64,000 bases of DNA from Sedimentisphaerales bacterium (GTDB taxonomy: Bacteria; Planctomycetota; Phycisphaerae; Sedimentisphaerales; SM23-30): the NCBI GenBank assembly GCA_963666285.1, contig OY762711.1, one strand, 5' to 3'. The translations under genes were made by a program, and so were the position numbers. Positions within the stretch are counted from its first letter, which is position 1; each line of letters starts with the position of its first letter. Positions 43,401 to 53,273 of this stretch are shown in pieces. The notes beneath the pieces were generated by a model. It searched no databases and was not told the DNA's origin. It was given only the letters and a program-made list of their open reading frames with translations.

Positions 43401-43402
43401 AT

Positions 43403-44083
43403 ATGGCAAAAGTTTTTTACATAACAGGAATCGATACCGGTATTGGCAAAACGTACGCTGCGGGCGTGCTCGCAGCGTTTTTGCAGCAGCAGGGCCATCG
43501 GGTAATTACTGCCAAGCTTGTTCAGACCGGCTGTAAGGGCATTTCAGAAGATATTATCTTGCATCGTAAGATTATGGGGATTGATCTGCTCCCCGAAGAT
43601 ATCTCCGGCATAACCTGCCCTTATGTCTTTACTCTACCGGCATCGCCGCATTTGGCTGCCCGGGCAGAAGAGAAGGCCATCAATCCGGAAGTGATACTGA
43701 ATTCAATAAGTCGGCTTGCTGAAATGTATGACTTTATCATAGTTGAAGGAGCGGGGGGGCTGCTGGTGCCGCTTACTGGCGACCTTATGGCTATTGATTT
43801 TGCTGCCGCTCAAAACTGGCCCATTATTATTGTCAGTTCTTCTCGGCTTGGCAGTATAAACCACACTCTTATGACCGTTGAATGCGCTGCTTCCAGAAAT
43901 TGTATGATCGCCGGAGTAATTTATAATACAAACAGTCCCGACGATCCGGCTATAACCGCAGATTCCAGGGATATAATCGAAGCGAATCTTAACCATTTTT
44001 CCGATAGGGCATCACTAGTTGATCTTCCTCAAATCGATATCACAAATATACCAGATATTGATTTTTCTGATATATTTGTATGA
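43403..44083 (+). CDS. bioD: Dethiobiotin synthase
   Basis: ITGIDTGIGKT, ASPHLAA, VEGAGGLLVP, LGSINHT. Confidence 0.95.
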   Translation: MAKVFYITGIDTGIGKTYAAGVLAAFLQQQGHRVITAKLVQTGCKGISEDIILHRKIMGIDLLPEDISGITCPYVFTLPASPHLAARAEEKAINPEVILNSISRLAEMYDFIIVEGAGGLLVPLTGDLMAIDFAAAQNWPIIIVSSSRLGSINHTLMTVECAASRNCMIAGVIYNTNSPDDPAITADSRDIIEANLNHFSDRASLVDLPQIDITNIPDIDFSDIFV

Positions 44084-44265
44084 GTTTACTTTCGCACTTT
44101 TCAAGTTGCAATAAACGCCTAAAAGGGCCTTCTTGTTGCGGTTTGAATTAAATATGCTTTCGAGATTTAGCCTCGAAAATGATAAAAATAACCTGATTAT
44201 AATTCACAAGGCCCTGTTCCGGCCTTTGCGTGTAATGTTGAACAGGCAATAGTGCCAGACCTTAC
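44084..44265 (+). mobile_element. MITE-like element copy 2 (core A, degenerate short right end)
   Basis: GTTTACTTTCGCACTTTT...GTGCCAGACCTTAC; flanks TATGA / CATGA (4/5). Confidence 0.85.
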
Positions 44266-44266
44266 C

Positions 44267-45556
44267 ATGAACAAAGACCAAATTAACAACCTGATTACTT
44301 TCGACCGTGACCATATCTGGCATCCATATACGTCAATGGCAGAGCCGTTGCCCGTTTATCCCGTTGTTGCTGCTGATGGAGTCGAACTCGAATTAGCTGA
44401 CGGTCGCAGGCTTGTAGACGGCATGAGTTCATGGTGGTGTGCTATCCATGGTTATAACCATCCCGTGATCAATCAGGCTATCAAAGGCCAGCTCGACAAA
44501 ATGGCACATGTTATGTTCGGCGGCATAACTCATGAGCCGGCGGTTTGCCTTGTCAAAAAGCTTATTGATATCACACCGGAACCGCTTCAGCATGTTTTTC
44601 TGGCTGATTCGGGCTCTGTTTCGGTTGAGGTTGCTATCAAAATGGCTCTGCAGTATTTCCAGACCCAGGGGCCAAAAACTAAAACAAGGCTTCTTACTGT
44701 TCGCGGCGGCTATCATGGCGATACTCTTGCCTGCATGAGTGTTTGTGATCCTGTTACCGGTATGCATCATCTTTTTACAGATATTCTTCCTAAACAGATA
44801 TTTGCCCACAAACCTGCCTGTCGTTTCGATCAGCCGTATAATTCCGAGTCCATTGATGACCTTGCAGGGCTGCTCAAGGCCAACTCCTCCGAAATTGCCG
44901 CTGTTATTATCGAGCCTGTTGTCCAGGGTGCCGGCGGCATGTGGTTCTACCATCCTCAATACCTCGTTGACCTGCGTGAACTTTGCGACCGGCATAATAT
45001 CCTGCTTATCTTCGATGAAATCGCAACCGGGTTTGGGCGGACCGGCAAAATGTTTGCCTGTCAGTGGCCTGAAATATCACCGGATATTATGACTGTTGGC
45101 AAAGCTCTTACCGGTGGATATATGACTCTGGCCGCGTCATTGACAACCGAAAAAGTAGCTATGGGGATATCTGATAATGGCGGGGTTTTCATGCATGGAC
45201 CAACATTTATGGCTAACCCATTGGCTTGTGCGGCTGCTTGTGCCGGATTGGATCTGCTCAACAAAGGCGATTGGGCTTCTCAGGTATCAGAAATTGAAAC
45301 CGGCTTAAAGGCGATGCTTGAACCTTGTCGCAGCAGCGAACTTGTTGCTGATGTAAGAGTGCTCGGTGCCATAGGAGTAGTGGAAATGCACCAGCCGGTA
45401 GATATTGCCGCTATTCAGAAGTTCTTCGTCGATCACGGCGTCTGGATACGTCCCTTTGGGAAACTTATCTATCTTATGCCGCCGTATATTATTAGTCCGG
45501 ACCGCCTAAAACTGCTTTGCGATGCAGTAACAGGCTGGATTAATTTGCAGGCATGA
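44267..45556 (+). CDS. bioA: Adenosylmethionine-8-amino-7-oxononanoate transaminase
   Basis: IWHPYT, DGMSSWWCAIHG, DSGSVSVEVAIK, GYHGDT, FDEIATGFGRTG, GKALTGG. Confidence 0.97.
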   Translation: MNKDQINNLITFDRDHIWHPYTSMAEPLPVYPVVAADGVELELADGRRLVDGMSSWWCAIHGYNHPVINQAIKGQLDKMAHVMFGGITHEPAVCLVKKLIDITPEPLQHVFLADSGSVSVEVAIKMALQYFQTQGPKTKTRLLTVRGGYHGDTLACMSVCDPVTGMHHLFTDILPKQIFAHKPACRFDQPYNSESIDDLAGLLKANSSEIAAVIIEPVVQGAGGMWFYHPQYLVDLRELCDRHNILLIFDEIATGFGRTGKMFACQWPEISPDIMTVGKALTGGYMTLAASLTTEKVAMGISDNGGVFMHGPTFMANPLACAAACAGLDLLNKGDWASQVSEIETGLKAMLEPCRSSELVADVRVLGAIGVVEMHQPVDIAAIQKFFVDHGVWIRPFGKLIYLMPPYIISPDRLKLLCDAVTGWINLQA

Positions 45557-45932
45557 TACCGTGGTTTTCTGTTTCATAACTGTCTATTAATAATTAGGTT
45601 TCTTTTACAGGCTGTAACCTTAAGCTCAATCGGTATCGCTAATATTGTTATTCGCTTTTCTCCTGCCGGGATATCCCTTTTGTTAGTCCTATAATTCTGT
45701 GGATAAACCATGTCCGGTTTTTGTTTAATTTCACAATTAGTCTCATAACTTTTACTCTGCTTAATTAATTATCATGGTTTTTATGTCTGTGATAATAGGG
45801 TAATTTTCTCTAAGTTGCTATTTTATAAGTATTACTATTTTTACTGCATCTTTCTTCTTATTATTTGGAACTTATATGTTACTTTTAATATGGCGATAGA
45901 AATTCTGGTAGCTTGTAGAAATAAACTTAAAT

Positions 45933-47078
45933 ATGGCTTTACGTCTAAAAAAAATGGAAACAAACCAGAACATACTATTTGTTGATGATGACATCCGGCT
46001 GTTATCCGGCCTCAAAAGGGCTCTTCACCATGAGACCGAAGTGGGGTTGTATTTTGCTACCGAAAGTTCAAATGCTTTCGAGATAATGCAAAAAAACAAG
46101 ATTGATGTTGTTGTTTCCGGCTTCAAGGCAAAAGACATGTCTGGCAGTGAAATTCTTGAAAAAGTCAAAGAGTCAAATCCCGGTAGTGTACGTATGATGT
46201 TTGCCGGGTTCGAAAATGATTCTGAAATCAAACAGCAAAGCAGCGACCTGGTACATCGTCACATTTCTCGACCTTGCAGTAGTTTGAATATTATTGACAT
46301 GATCAAAAGTGTCAGTAGAAAATGGGCTGATGTGCCAAAAGAATTCAGGGTGGTAGCAGCTGATATGCCTCACCTCCCGTTTTTACCGGAGACAATTGAG
46401 TATGTCAGAAGCTCCAGGGGGCTGGATCTGAATGATAAGGCTCTTGTTCAACTGCTGGCCAGGGACCTTGGTTTTGTGTCCTGGGTTTTACGTAATTCCG
46501 ATGAAAAAATATATGATTTGAATTGTAGCGGTACTAATGACTTTATAATCAAAGTTTGTGATATATATGGGTTTTTGCACAATGGGTATCTTATAGATGG
46601 TTGTGTACGATGTTATGAGGAGCCTCTCTTGTTAAGCCTGCAGCGTCGGGTATATTATCATGGCAGTCTGACAGGAGAGTACGCATCTGGAATTGCGGGG
46701 GATATACTGGGGGAAGACTCTTGTGGTAGCAGGAGTTTGTTAGCTGGTATGCTGCACGATGCTGGAAAGCTGGTTATAGCTCAAAAGCATGCGCAGCAAT
46801 ATCAGCTATTAGATAGATCTTCGCGTTCTGTTTCGGATCGTCTTCAGCAGGAAAATAATGACTTTGGTGCTTCTCACAACAAGGTTGGTGCTATGCTTCT
46901 GGATCTATGGGGTATCCCTGAAGTTATTGTCGATGCTGTTTTGAACCATCATGAGACTGACTGCCTGGAAGGCAGGTGTGATTTGCTGACCATAGTGAAA
47001 AAAGCGAATTGGATGGCTCATGGAAAGACTGATGGAAATGTCCCATTAAAAGATTATGAATTAAAAAATACGAACTAA
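45933..47078 (+). CDS. Receiver-like domain plus HDOD domain protein
   Basis: ILFVDDD; AGMLHDAGKL, HNKVGAMLLDLWGIP...AVLNHH. Confidence 0.85.
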   Translation: MALRLKKMETNQNILFVDDDIRLLSGLKRALHHETEVGLYFATESSNAFEIMQKNKIDVVVSGFKAKDMSGSEILEKVKESNPGSVRMMFAGFENDSEIKQQSSDLVHRHISRPCSSLNIIDMIKSVSRKWADVPKEFRVVAADMPHLPFLPETIEYVRSSRGLDLNDKALVQLLARDLGFVSWVLRNSDEKIYDLNCSGTNDFIIKVCDIYGFLHNGYLIDGCVRCYEEPLLLSLQRRVYYHGSLTGEYASGIAGDILGEDSCGSRSLLAGMLHDAGKLVIAQKHAQQYQLLDRSSRSVSDRLQQENNDFGASHNKVGAMLLDLWGIPEVIVDAVLNHHETDCLEGRCDLLTIVKKANWMAHGKTDGNVPLKDYELKNTN

Positions 47079-47129
47079 TTAAAACTTAAAGCAGTTTTTG
47101 CTGCAATTACTTTTTCAGGGAGAGATACC

Positions 47130-47858
47130 ATGAAATATAAATTATTATTTGTTGATGACGATCAAAAAGTTACCCAGGGTATTAGAAGAAACCTTGCTGA
47201 ACTTGATTATGAAATCTTTACTGCCGATTCCGGTCAGCAGGCTCTGGATATTCTTGCGAATGAGCCGATTTCAGTTGTTGTTTCTGATGAAAAGATGCCC
47301 GGGATGACCGGTGCCGAATTCCTGTCAAAGGTTAGAGATCTATACCCCGACACTATCAGGATTATTCTTACCGGGCAGGCCTCTCTTGAAGCTACCGTTA
47401 AGGCCATTAATGAAGGCGAAGTATATCGTTTTCTTATCAAACCATGTAATACTACCGAACTTATCTTTACTATCAGGCAGGCTCTCAAGCAGCGTGAGCT
47501 GGTTGTCCAGAGTAATAAACTTCTCGAACTTACTCGGCGGCAAAGTGAACTGCTCCAGACGCTTGAAACCGAATGTCCCGGCATTGTGGATGTAAAGACA
47601 AATGATGACGGCGCTATTATTTTAGAAGAGCCGAGTGATGATATTGATGTTCTTATACAGAATATTCAAAATGAAGTTGAAAAAGGCGAATCTCTGTTTT
47701 TGGACTGGTCCTGCTCAAATGGGGCTGCCAACGGCCAGGCGAGTAACCAGGTTGGCGATCCGACTTTATTTAATATAGATTTAGGCGAAACATCAGACCA
47801 AAAGGGTGTAAGCGATAAGAGCAAAGATAGTCTTGATAATTCTGAGATGTACTATTAA
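47130..47858 (+). CDS. Response regulator receiver protein
   Basis: LLFVDDD, VVVSDEKMPGMTG, RIILTG, FLIKP. Confidence 0.9.
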   Translation: MKYKLLFVDDDQKVTQGIRRNLAELDYEIFTADSGQQALDILANEPISVVVSDEKMPGMTGAEFLSKVRDLYPDTIRIILTGQASLEATVKAINEGEVYRFLIKPCNTTELIFTIRQALKQRELVVQSNKLLELTRRQSELLQTLETECPGIVDVKTNDDGAIILEEPSDDIDVLIQNIQNEVEKGESLFLDWSCSNGAANGQASNQVGDPTLFNIDLGETSDQKGVSDKSKDSLDNSEMYY

Positions 47859-47859
47859 T

Positions 47860-48042
47860 GTTTAATTTCGCAGTTTTTAAGTTGCAAAAATCGCCTAAAA
47901 GGGCCTTTCTGCAACGCTTTGAATTAAATAACACTTTCGAGAAATAGCTCGAAAATACTTTTAAATATAAAGTTTTTCATTCACAAGGCCCTGTTCTGGC
48001 CTTTCCGTGTAATGCTGAACAGTCAAAAGTGCGAAACCGCAC
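47860..48042 (+). mobile_element. MITE-like element copy 3 (core A, short right end)
   Basis: Flanked by TTAAT at 47855-47859 and 48043-48047. Confidence 0.9.
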
Positions 48043-48092
48043 TTAATCTCAGTTCAATATGAAGTGTTTCTTTGATTTTGGTGCATTTATGT

Positions 48093-48123
48093 GGGGGACA
48101 GCGATTAGCTGTTCCCTTTTTTT
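48093..48123 (+). terminator. Intrinsic terminator-like hairpin
   Basis: ggggacagc-gatta-gctgttccc followed by T run. Confidence 0.65.
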
Positions 48124-48137
48124 ATACCTGTAATGCA

Positions 48138-48322
48138 GTTAACTTTTGCCATTTTCAAGTTGTGAAATTGTATATAATGGCTTTTCTGCCGCCTGTTGAA
48201 TTACATGCACTTATGGGGAAATACCCACAAATATAGATAAATATAACATTTCCATTCACCATAAGGCTAATACCAAACAGTCAAAAGTACGCCTTGGATA
48301 AGATGCGATGCATAAAGTGTAT
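48138..48322 (+). mobile_element. MITE-like element copy 4 (decayed; core A, long right end)
   Basis: GTTAACTTT...AACAGTCAAAAGTACG...; flanked by ATGCA at 48133-48137 and 48323-48327. Confidence 0.75.
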
Positions 48323-48434
48323 ATGCACAAAATTGTCATTTATAATGCACGAAATAGACTTGTTTAAATCAATATAATCTTGCATACTGGAACTATATAA
48401 TCTGTATGATTTCTGAATTATGTTTTATTTCTTA

Positions 48435-48637
48435 GTTAACTTTCGTAGTTTTTAAGTTGCAAAAAACGCCTAAAAGGCCTTCCTGCAATACTTCGAATTT
48501 AATACATTTTCGAGAAATGGCTCGAAAATACAATTAAATGTAAAGTTTTTCATTTACAAGACCCTGTTCAGGTCTTTGCGTATAATACTGAACAGTCATA
48601 AGTGCGACATGCATATGATGCGTAGCATTAACTGCAC
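48435..48637 (+). mobile_element. MITE-like element copy 5 (core A, long right end)
   Basis: GTTAACTTTCGTAG...AACTGCAC; flanks TCTTA / TTTTA (4/5). Confidence 0.85.
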
Positions 48638-48719
48638 TTTTAGAGAAACTTCAGAGGCTCCTTTATTAGTAGAAGTTGCCTGATTGTCAAAAGTTTATAA
48701 CTCAAAAGGAGTATTGAAT

Positions 48720-49571
48720 ATGTTATACCGTGGTTCTAAGGCTAATAGCGGTAGAGGCTTCACTTTAATTGAGTTGCTGGTGGTTATTTCTATTATTGCG
48801 TTACTTGTATCAATTATCTTACCGGCATTAAACAGGGCAAAGGATAATGCCAAAAGAACTGTATGTGCCAATAATCTGAAATCAATTGGCCAGGCTCTGT
48901 TCATGTATGCAACAAACAACGATGATAAAATTCCGCAGACAGACTATGAAATGGGAGCGCCTGGAACTCCCAATAAAACTTATATGATGTTTTTAATTAA
49001 CCCTGATATAAATCTCAAGCCGATGGATCGCATTTATGACACCAAGGGGTTAGGTTATTTGTTTGGCAAAAAATACATTGATACTCCGGAAGTCTTTTAC
49101 TGTGAAGGCATTCCCAGGTCGGCTATGTCATGGAGGTTTGAACTCTTTGATGGTGGCGGCGGGTTCCCATGGAATACCGGGATAACCGAACAGAACACTA
49201 ATTATGTCCGTTGTAGTTTTAGTTATGTTCCTCAATCCCGCAAACAAAAGATGGGACTTACTATTCCTGGCGATTATACTCCTACCAGCGGTATTATCAG
49301 ATCTGACGGCAAGGAATATTTCCCTATTGTTGCCAAGTCAATTTCGGAGCTCTATGGAGATTACGCTATTACTTCCGGGCTGCTTCATACCCTGAGTGCT
49401 TTACCTCACAAGATGGGCAAAAACGGCTCTGGTGTTAATGTGCTGTTTGGTGATACCAGTGTTAGATTTTGTAATGACAGGGAAGCGTTCGATGAAGATT
49501 TGTGGGATGACAGTATTGGTGACGGACCGCACGAATACGAATTCAGAAAAGTCTATTCATTGTTAAAATAG
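48720..49571 (+). CDS. Prepilin-type N-terminal cleavage/methylation domain protein (DUF1559-like)
   Basis: [17 protein letters not shown]...PAL, CANNLK, C-terminal H...[18 protein letters not shown]. Confidence 0.88.
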   Translation: MLYRGSKANSGRGFTLIELLVVISIIALLVSIILPALNRAKDNAKRTVCANNLKSIGQALFMYATNNDDKIPQTDYEMGAPGTPNKTYMMFLINPDINLKPMDRIYDTKGLGYLFGKKYIDTPEVFYCEGIPRSAMSWRFELFDGGGGFPWNTGITEQNTNYVRCSFSYVPQSRKQKMGLTIPGDYTPTSGIIRSDGKEYFPIVAKSISELYGDYAITSGLLHTLSALPHKMGKNGSGVNVLFGDTSVRFCNDREAFDEDLWDDSIGDGPHEYEFRKVYSLLK

Positions 49572-49578
49572 CATTATC

Positions 49579-50289
49579 TCAGTGACCTTGTCTCTCTGAA
49601 TATTCGATAAAATTTTCGATTAATAATTTATTTACTGGCTCGTCGATATATTTTTCCGGATGCCACTGAACTGCCATCAGGAATGGATGTCCCGGCATCT
49701 CAACTGCCTCGATTATACCATCTTCTGTTTCTGCTGCTGCCAGTAAACCATTGCCGGCTTTTATTATTCCCTGGTGATGGGCACTTGCTGTTTCTACTGT
49801 TTCTGAATCCAGCCAGTTTCTGAGCTTGCTCTCCGGGTGCAGTGAAACCATGTGACGTGTCTTTTCACCTTCATAACCATGGTTCACAGAACCGTTTATA
49901 TCCGGTATGTGCTGACATATCTCACCTCCGAATGCCATGTTGATAATCTGCATCCCCAGGCATATGCCAAGTATTGGAATTTTCTTCTTAATTACTGTGG
50001 CCAATAGCCTTAGGTCAAATTCCTGACGTCTGGCATGCACCAGCTCTGCCTTGGCGTGTAATGGCATGTCCCATTGTCTGGTATCCAGATCCATTCCACC
50101 GGTAAATACTATCCCGGAAATGTTTTCCAGGTATCCGTCCAGACTCTTATCGCTGCTCACTGGCAATATTGGCCGACACAATACATTATATCCCTCGAAT
50201 ACGTCGAAATAGGTATGGTCCAGGTATGCCCTCTCAATATTATCCGCTGAGAGGTGGTAGTTCATGCTGATTCCGATTTCGATTGCCAT
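49579..50289 (-). CDS. Class I glutamine amidotransferase, peptidase C26 (PuuD-like)
   Basis: FTGGMD, PILGICLGMQ, HHQG, VQWHPE. Confidence 0.88.
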   Translation of the reverse strand: MAIEIGISMNYHLSADNIERAYLDHTYFDVFEGYNVLCRPILPVSSDKSLDGYLENISGIVFTGGMDLDTRQWDMPLHAKAELVHARRQEFDLRLLATVIKKKIPILGICLGMQIINMAFGGEICQHIPDINGSVNHGYEGEKTRHMVSLHPESKLRNWLDSETVETASAHHQGIIKAGNGLLAAAETEDGIIEAVEMPGHPFLMAVQWHPEKYIDEPVNKLLIENFIEYSERQGH

Positions 50290-50451
50290 TTAAATGGTTT
50301 TCCTTTATTATTATTTCAGCCGTTAGTGCCGGTTATTTGAGCTCTCCAAAAAATTATACTGTCTCTTAATGTAAAATTAAAGATTTATTGATGAAATTAA
50401 GTCTCGTTGTATTGTAAGTTTTGAAATTAAGTATTTTCTTTAGAGGAGTTT

Positions 50452-51558
50452 TTGATGATTAAAAAAAATGTTAAATTGTCTTTTGCTGTCATATTATTAC
50501 TCGCTGTAGTTAGTTTTGCTCAGGATTATTTCCCTGATATTGATGGCTATCATACATTGGTAAGTGACTTCCATACTCATACTGTTTTTTCTGATGGTGA
50601 TGTCTGGCCTTCCGTACGAATTAAGGAAGCCAAAAGAGAGCATCTTGATGTAATTGCTATTACCGACCATATTGAGTATCAACCACATTACGAGGACTTG
50701 CCAACAAAGCATGATCGTCCATATGAAATCGCAAAAAATGAGTTGAAAGATAATGATAAGCTTATTCTTATAAAAGGAACTGAAATTACCAGAGATACTC
50801 CTCCCGGCCATTATAATGCTGTTTTTATTAAGGATATCAGCTCGCTTGCCAAACATTGTGCCAAGGACGAAGAAACCGTCGAACAGAAGGTTGCTAAATT
50901 AGTTAATATTGTCGGACAGGCCAATAACCAGGGTGCCTTTGTCTTTTGGAATCATCATGACTGGAAAGGGCAGGATCGTGGCAACTGGATGGAATGTCAT
51001 ACTAAAATGGTTGCTGACAAACAGCTTCATGGCATGGAAGTCGTCAATGGTGGCAGTTATTACCCTCGCGCTCATCAGTGGTGTATTGATAACAACCTTA
51101 CAATGCTGGGTAATTCTGATATCCACAGACCTTCTATCAATTATAAATATACGCCAGAAAAACATCGGTCCCTCACTCTGGTATTCGCCAAAGAGCGTAC
51201 CGCCGATTCTGTTCGAGAGGCTCTCGATGCTGCCAGGACAGCTGTCTGGTACAAAAACAGTCTTATAGGTGATAAAGAGCTTCTCGGTTCTTTATTGGAT
51301 AAGTTACTTGTTTTTACTGTTACCGCAAAAGGTGATGACTTTCTTAATCTAATGGTTGAAAATACTGCCCTGATCGATCTGGAAGTGGCTGGGTTAGGGC
51401 AGCTCGAGGGTAGAACTTCTATTATCCCTGCTCGCAGTGAAATGGAAGTTAACCTGCCGTTATTTTCGGAAAATGGCAAATATACTCTTGAATTTAGTGT
51501 ATCTAATTTCAAGACCGCACCAAACGAAGGGTTGCATGTCATAAAGACTTTTGAATAA
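50452..51558 (+). CDS. Secreted PHP-domain phosphoesterase
   Basis: DFHTHTVFSDG, AITDH, GTEITR, FWNHH, GNSDIH. Confidence 0.85.
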   Translation: MMIKKNVKLSFAVILLLAVVSFAQDYFPDIDGYHTLVSDFHTHTVFSDGDVWPSVRIKEAKREHLDVIAITDHIEYQPHYEDLPTKHDRPYEIAKNELKDNDKLILIKGTEITRDTPPGHYNAVFIKDISSLAKHCAKDEETVEQKVAKLVNIVGQANNQGAFVFWNHHDWKGQDRGNWMECHTKMVADKQLHGMEVVNGGSYYPRAHQWCIDNNLTMLGNSDIHRPSINYKYTPEKHRSLTLVFAKERTADSVREALDAARTAVWYKNSLIGDKELLGSLLDKLLVFTVTAKGDDFLNLMVENTALIDLEVAGLGQLEGRTSIIPARSEMEVNLPLFSENGKYTLEFSVSNFKTAPNEGLHVIKTFE

Positions 51559-51580
51559 CCAAAAGATTACTTCTATAACC

Positions 51581-51619
51581 TAAAAAGGCAGGACGCAATA
51601 AACGTTTCCTGCCTTTTTT
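51581..51619. terminator. Bidirectional terminator between convergent genes
   Basis: aaaaaggcagga...tcctgcctttttt. Confidence 0.75.
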
Positions 51620-51655
51620 GATTTTATTAGCAATATTTTTATTATCTGCCAGCTA

Positions 51656-52966
51656 TTAACTGTCATAGCGTTTAATTATGATAGTATTATTCTGGCCGCC
51701 GAAACCGAAAGAATTTGACATGCAGATGTTTACTTCTGCTTCCCTCGGTGCATTTGGTATATAGTCCAGGTCGCATTCCGGGGCAGGGGTATTCAAATTT
51801 GTCGTTGGAGGTAGAATATTATCCCTTATCGCTGTTATACAGGTTATCAGTTCGGTTGCTCCTGCTGCGGCAATCAAATGGCCCAGCATACTCTTTACAC
51901 TGCTGATCGGGGTTTTATAAGCCTGTTCGCCGAATACGGTTTTAATTACCAGTGTCTCAATCTTATCATTTTCTGATGTCCCCGTTCCATGGGCACTGAT
52001 GTAATCAATATCTTCTGGTTTCAAACCGGCATCTGCCAGTGCCAGGCTAACCGCTGCTGCTCCGCCTCGGCCTGTTTCATGCTGATCTGTTATCCTGAAA
52101 GCATCTGCCGTACTGCCGTATCCTATCACTTCTGCCAGGATAGTTGCACCTCGTTTTTTCGCCGATTCCAGCTCTTCCAGGATTATCGCTGAACCGCCTT
52201 CTGCCATGACAAAGCCGTCACGGCTGACATCGAAAGGTCGTGATGAGGTTTTATAGTCATCATTTCGGGTTGATAGGGCGGTCAACCGGTTGAATCCTGT
52301 CACTCCCAGCGGGTGTATCATTGAATGTGCTCCGCCGCTAAGCAGGATATCTGCTTCGCCGTTGCGGATCATTTCTGTCGCTTCTCCGATTGCCTGGGTG
52401 CTGGCGGCACATGCTGTCAAGCAGCTGCAGCATGGCCCTCTTAGGCCAAATATCGAGGCCAGGTGTGCTGCTGGCATATTCGGCTCCTGCTCCATCTCTG
52501 TCACGCCGTTCATCTTCTCTGATGCGATCTCCAGCCATTTATTCCAGTTTACATCTTTGGCTTCATTATCCCAGCCTCCGACATTGGCCGCGATAAAGTT
52601 CTCGAAATCACTTGGCCCTTCTCCCGCTCCCAGGTAAACACCAACATTTTCGGATGCTATTTCGCTTTGTTCTTCTAGGTTATCTGGAAGTTTGGCATTT
52701 TGCCATGCCTGGTATGCAGCCGCTATCATGAGCTTGCTGTTACGGGCAGCTGTTCCATTATTTTGCCTTATTGCTTCTGGCAGTTTATCCCAGAAACTCC
52801 AGTCCAGTACCTGGGCACTGAATTGGGTTGGAAATGTGCCTGCGTCAAAAATCTCTGTCTTTTCGATGCCGCATTCGCAATTCAGGATTCGTTTCCAGGT
52901 AGTTTCGACATCATTGCCAAGTGGGTTTACTGTACCCATTCCTGTTATAACAACTCGTCTTGTCAT
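51656..52966 (-). CDS. fabF: Beta-ketoacyl-ACP synthase II family, catalytic triad intact
   Basis: TACAAS, HGTGT, KSMLGH, SNSFGFGGQN. Confidence 0.9.
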   Translation of the reverse strand: MTRRVVITGMGTVNPLGNDVETTWKRILNCECGIEKTEIFDAGTFPTQFSAQVLDWSFWDKLPEAIRQNNGTAARNSKLMIAAAYQAWQNAKLPDNLEEQSEIASENVGVYLGAGEGPSDFENFIAANVGGWDNEAKDVNWNKWLEIASEKMNGVTEMEQEPNMPAAHLASIFGLRGPCCSCLTACAASTQAIGEATEMIRNGEADILLSGGAHSMIHPLGVTGFNRLTALSTRNDDYKTSSRPFDVSRDGFVMAEGGSAIILEELESAKKRGATILAEVIGYGSTADAFRITDQHETGRGGAAAVSLALADAGLKPEDIDYISAHGTGTSENDKIETLVIKTVFGEQAYKTPISSVKSMLGHLIAAAGATELITCITAIRDNILPPTTNLNTPAPECDLDYIPNAPREAEVNICMSNSFGFGGQNNTIIIKRYDS

Positions 52967-52991
52967 ATTTATTCCTGTTTATTCTATTATG

Positions 52992-53183
52992 GTTTACTTT
53001 CGCAGTTATTAAGTCGCAAAAATCGCCTAAAAGGGCCTTCCTGCAATACTTATGTTTTAAACAAAGCGTGAGACAATAGTCGAACACCTTAATTCTTCAC
53101 TTTTCATTATTCATTTTTCACTTAATTGGCCCTGTTCTGGCCTTTGTGTGTAATGTTGAACAGTCAAAAGTGCGATACCGCAC
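52992..53183 (+). mobile_element. MITE-like element copy 6 (core B, short right end)
   Basis: Flanked by TTATG at 52987-52991 and 53184-53188. Confidence 0.9.
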
Positions 53184-53273
53184 TTATGCTAATAGTATGA
53201 AGTTGTATATTCTTATAATTATTTAAATTCGAGCGAAGCGATCATGTTTTGTCCTTCACTCCTGACTCTTTAC

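Noticed and set aside
44252..44266. GTG start for bioA from the ORF track
   Set aside because: It lies inside the MITE right end; ATG at 44267 is the likely ancestral start
47860..48637. Integron attC array or CRISPR array
   Set aside because: Units are ~190 bp, divergent, dispersed and each has its own TSD; no integrase, cas genes, cassette ORFs or repeat-spacer periodicity
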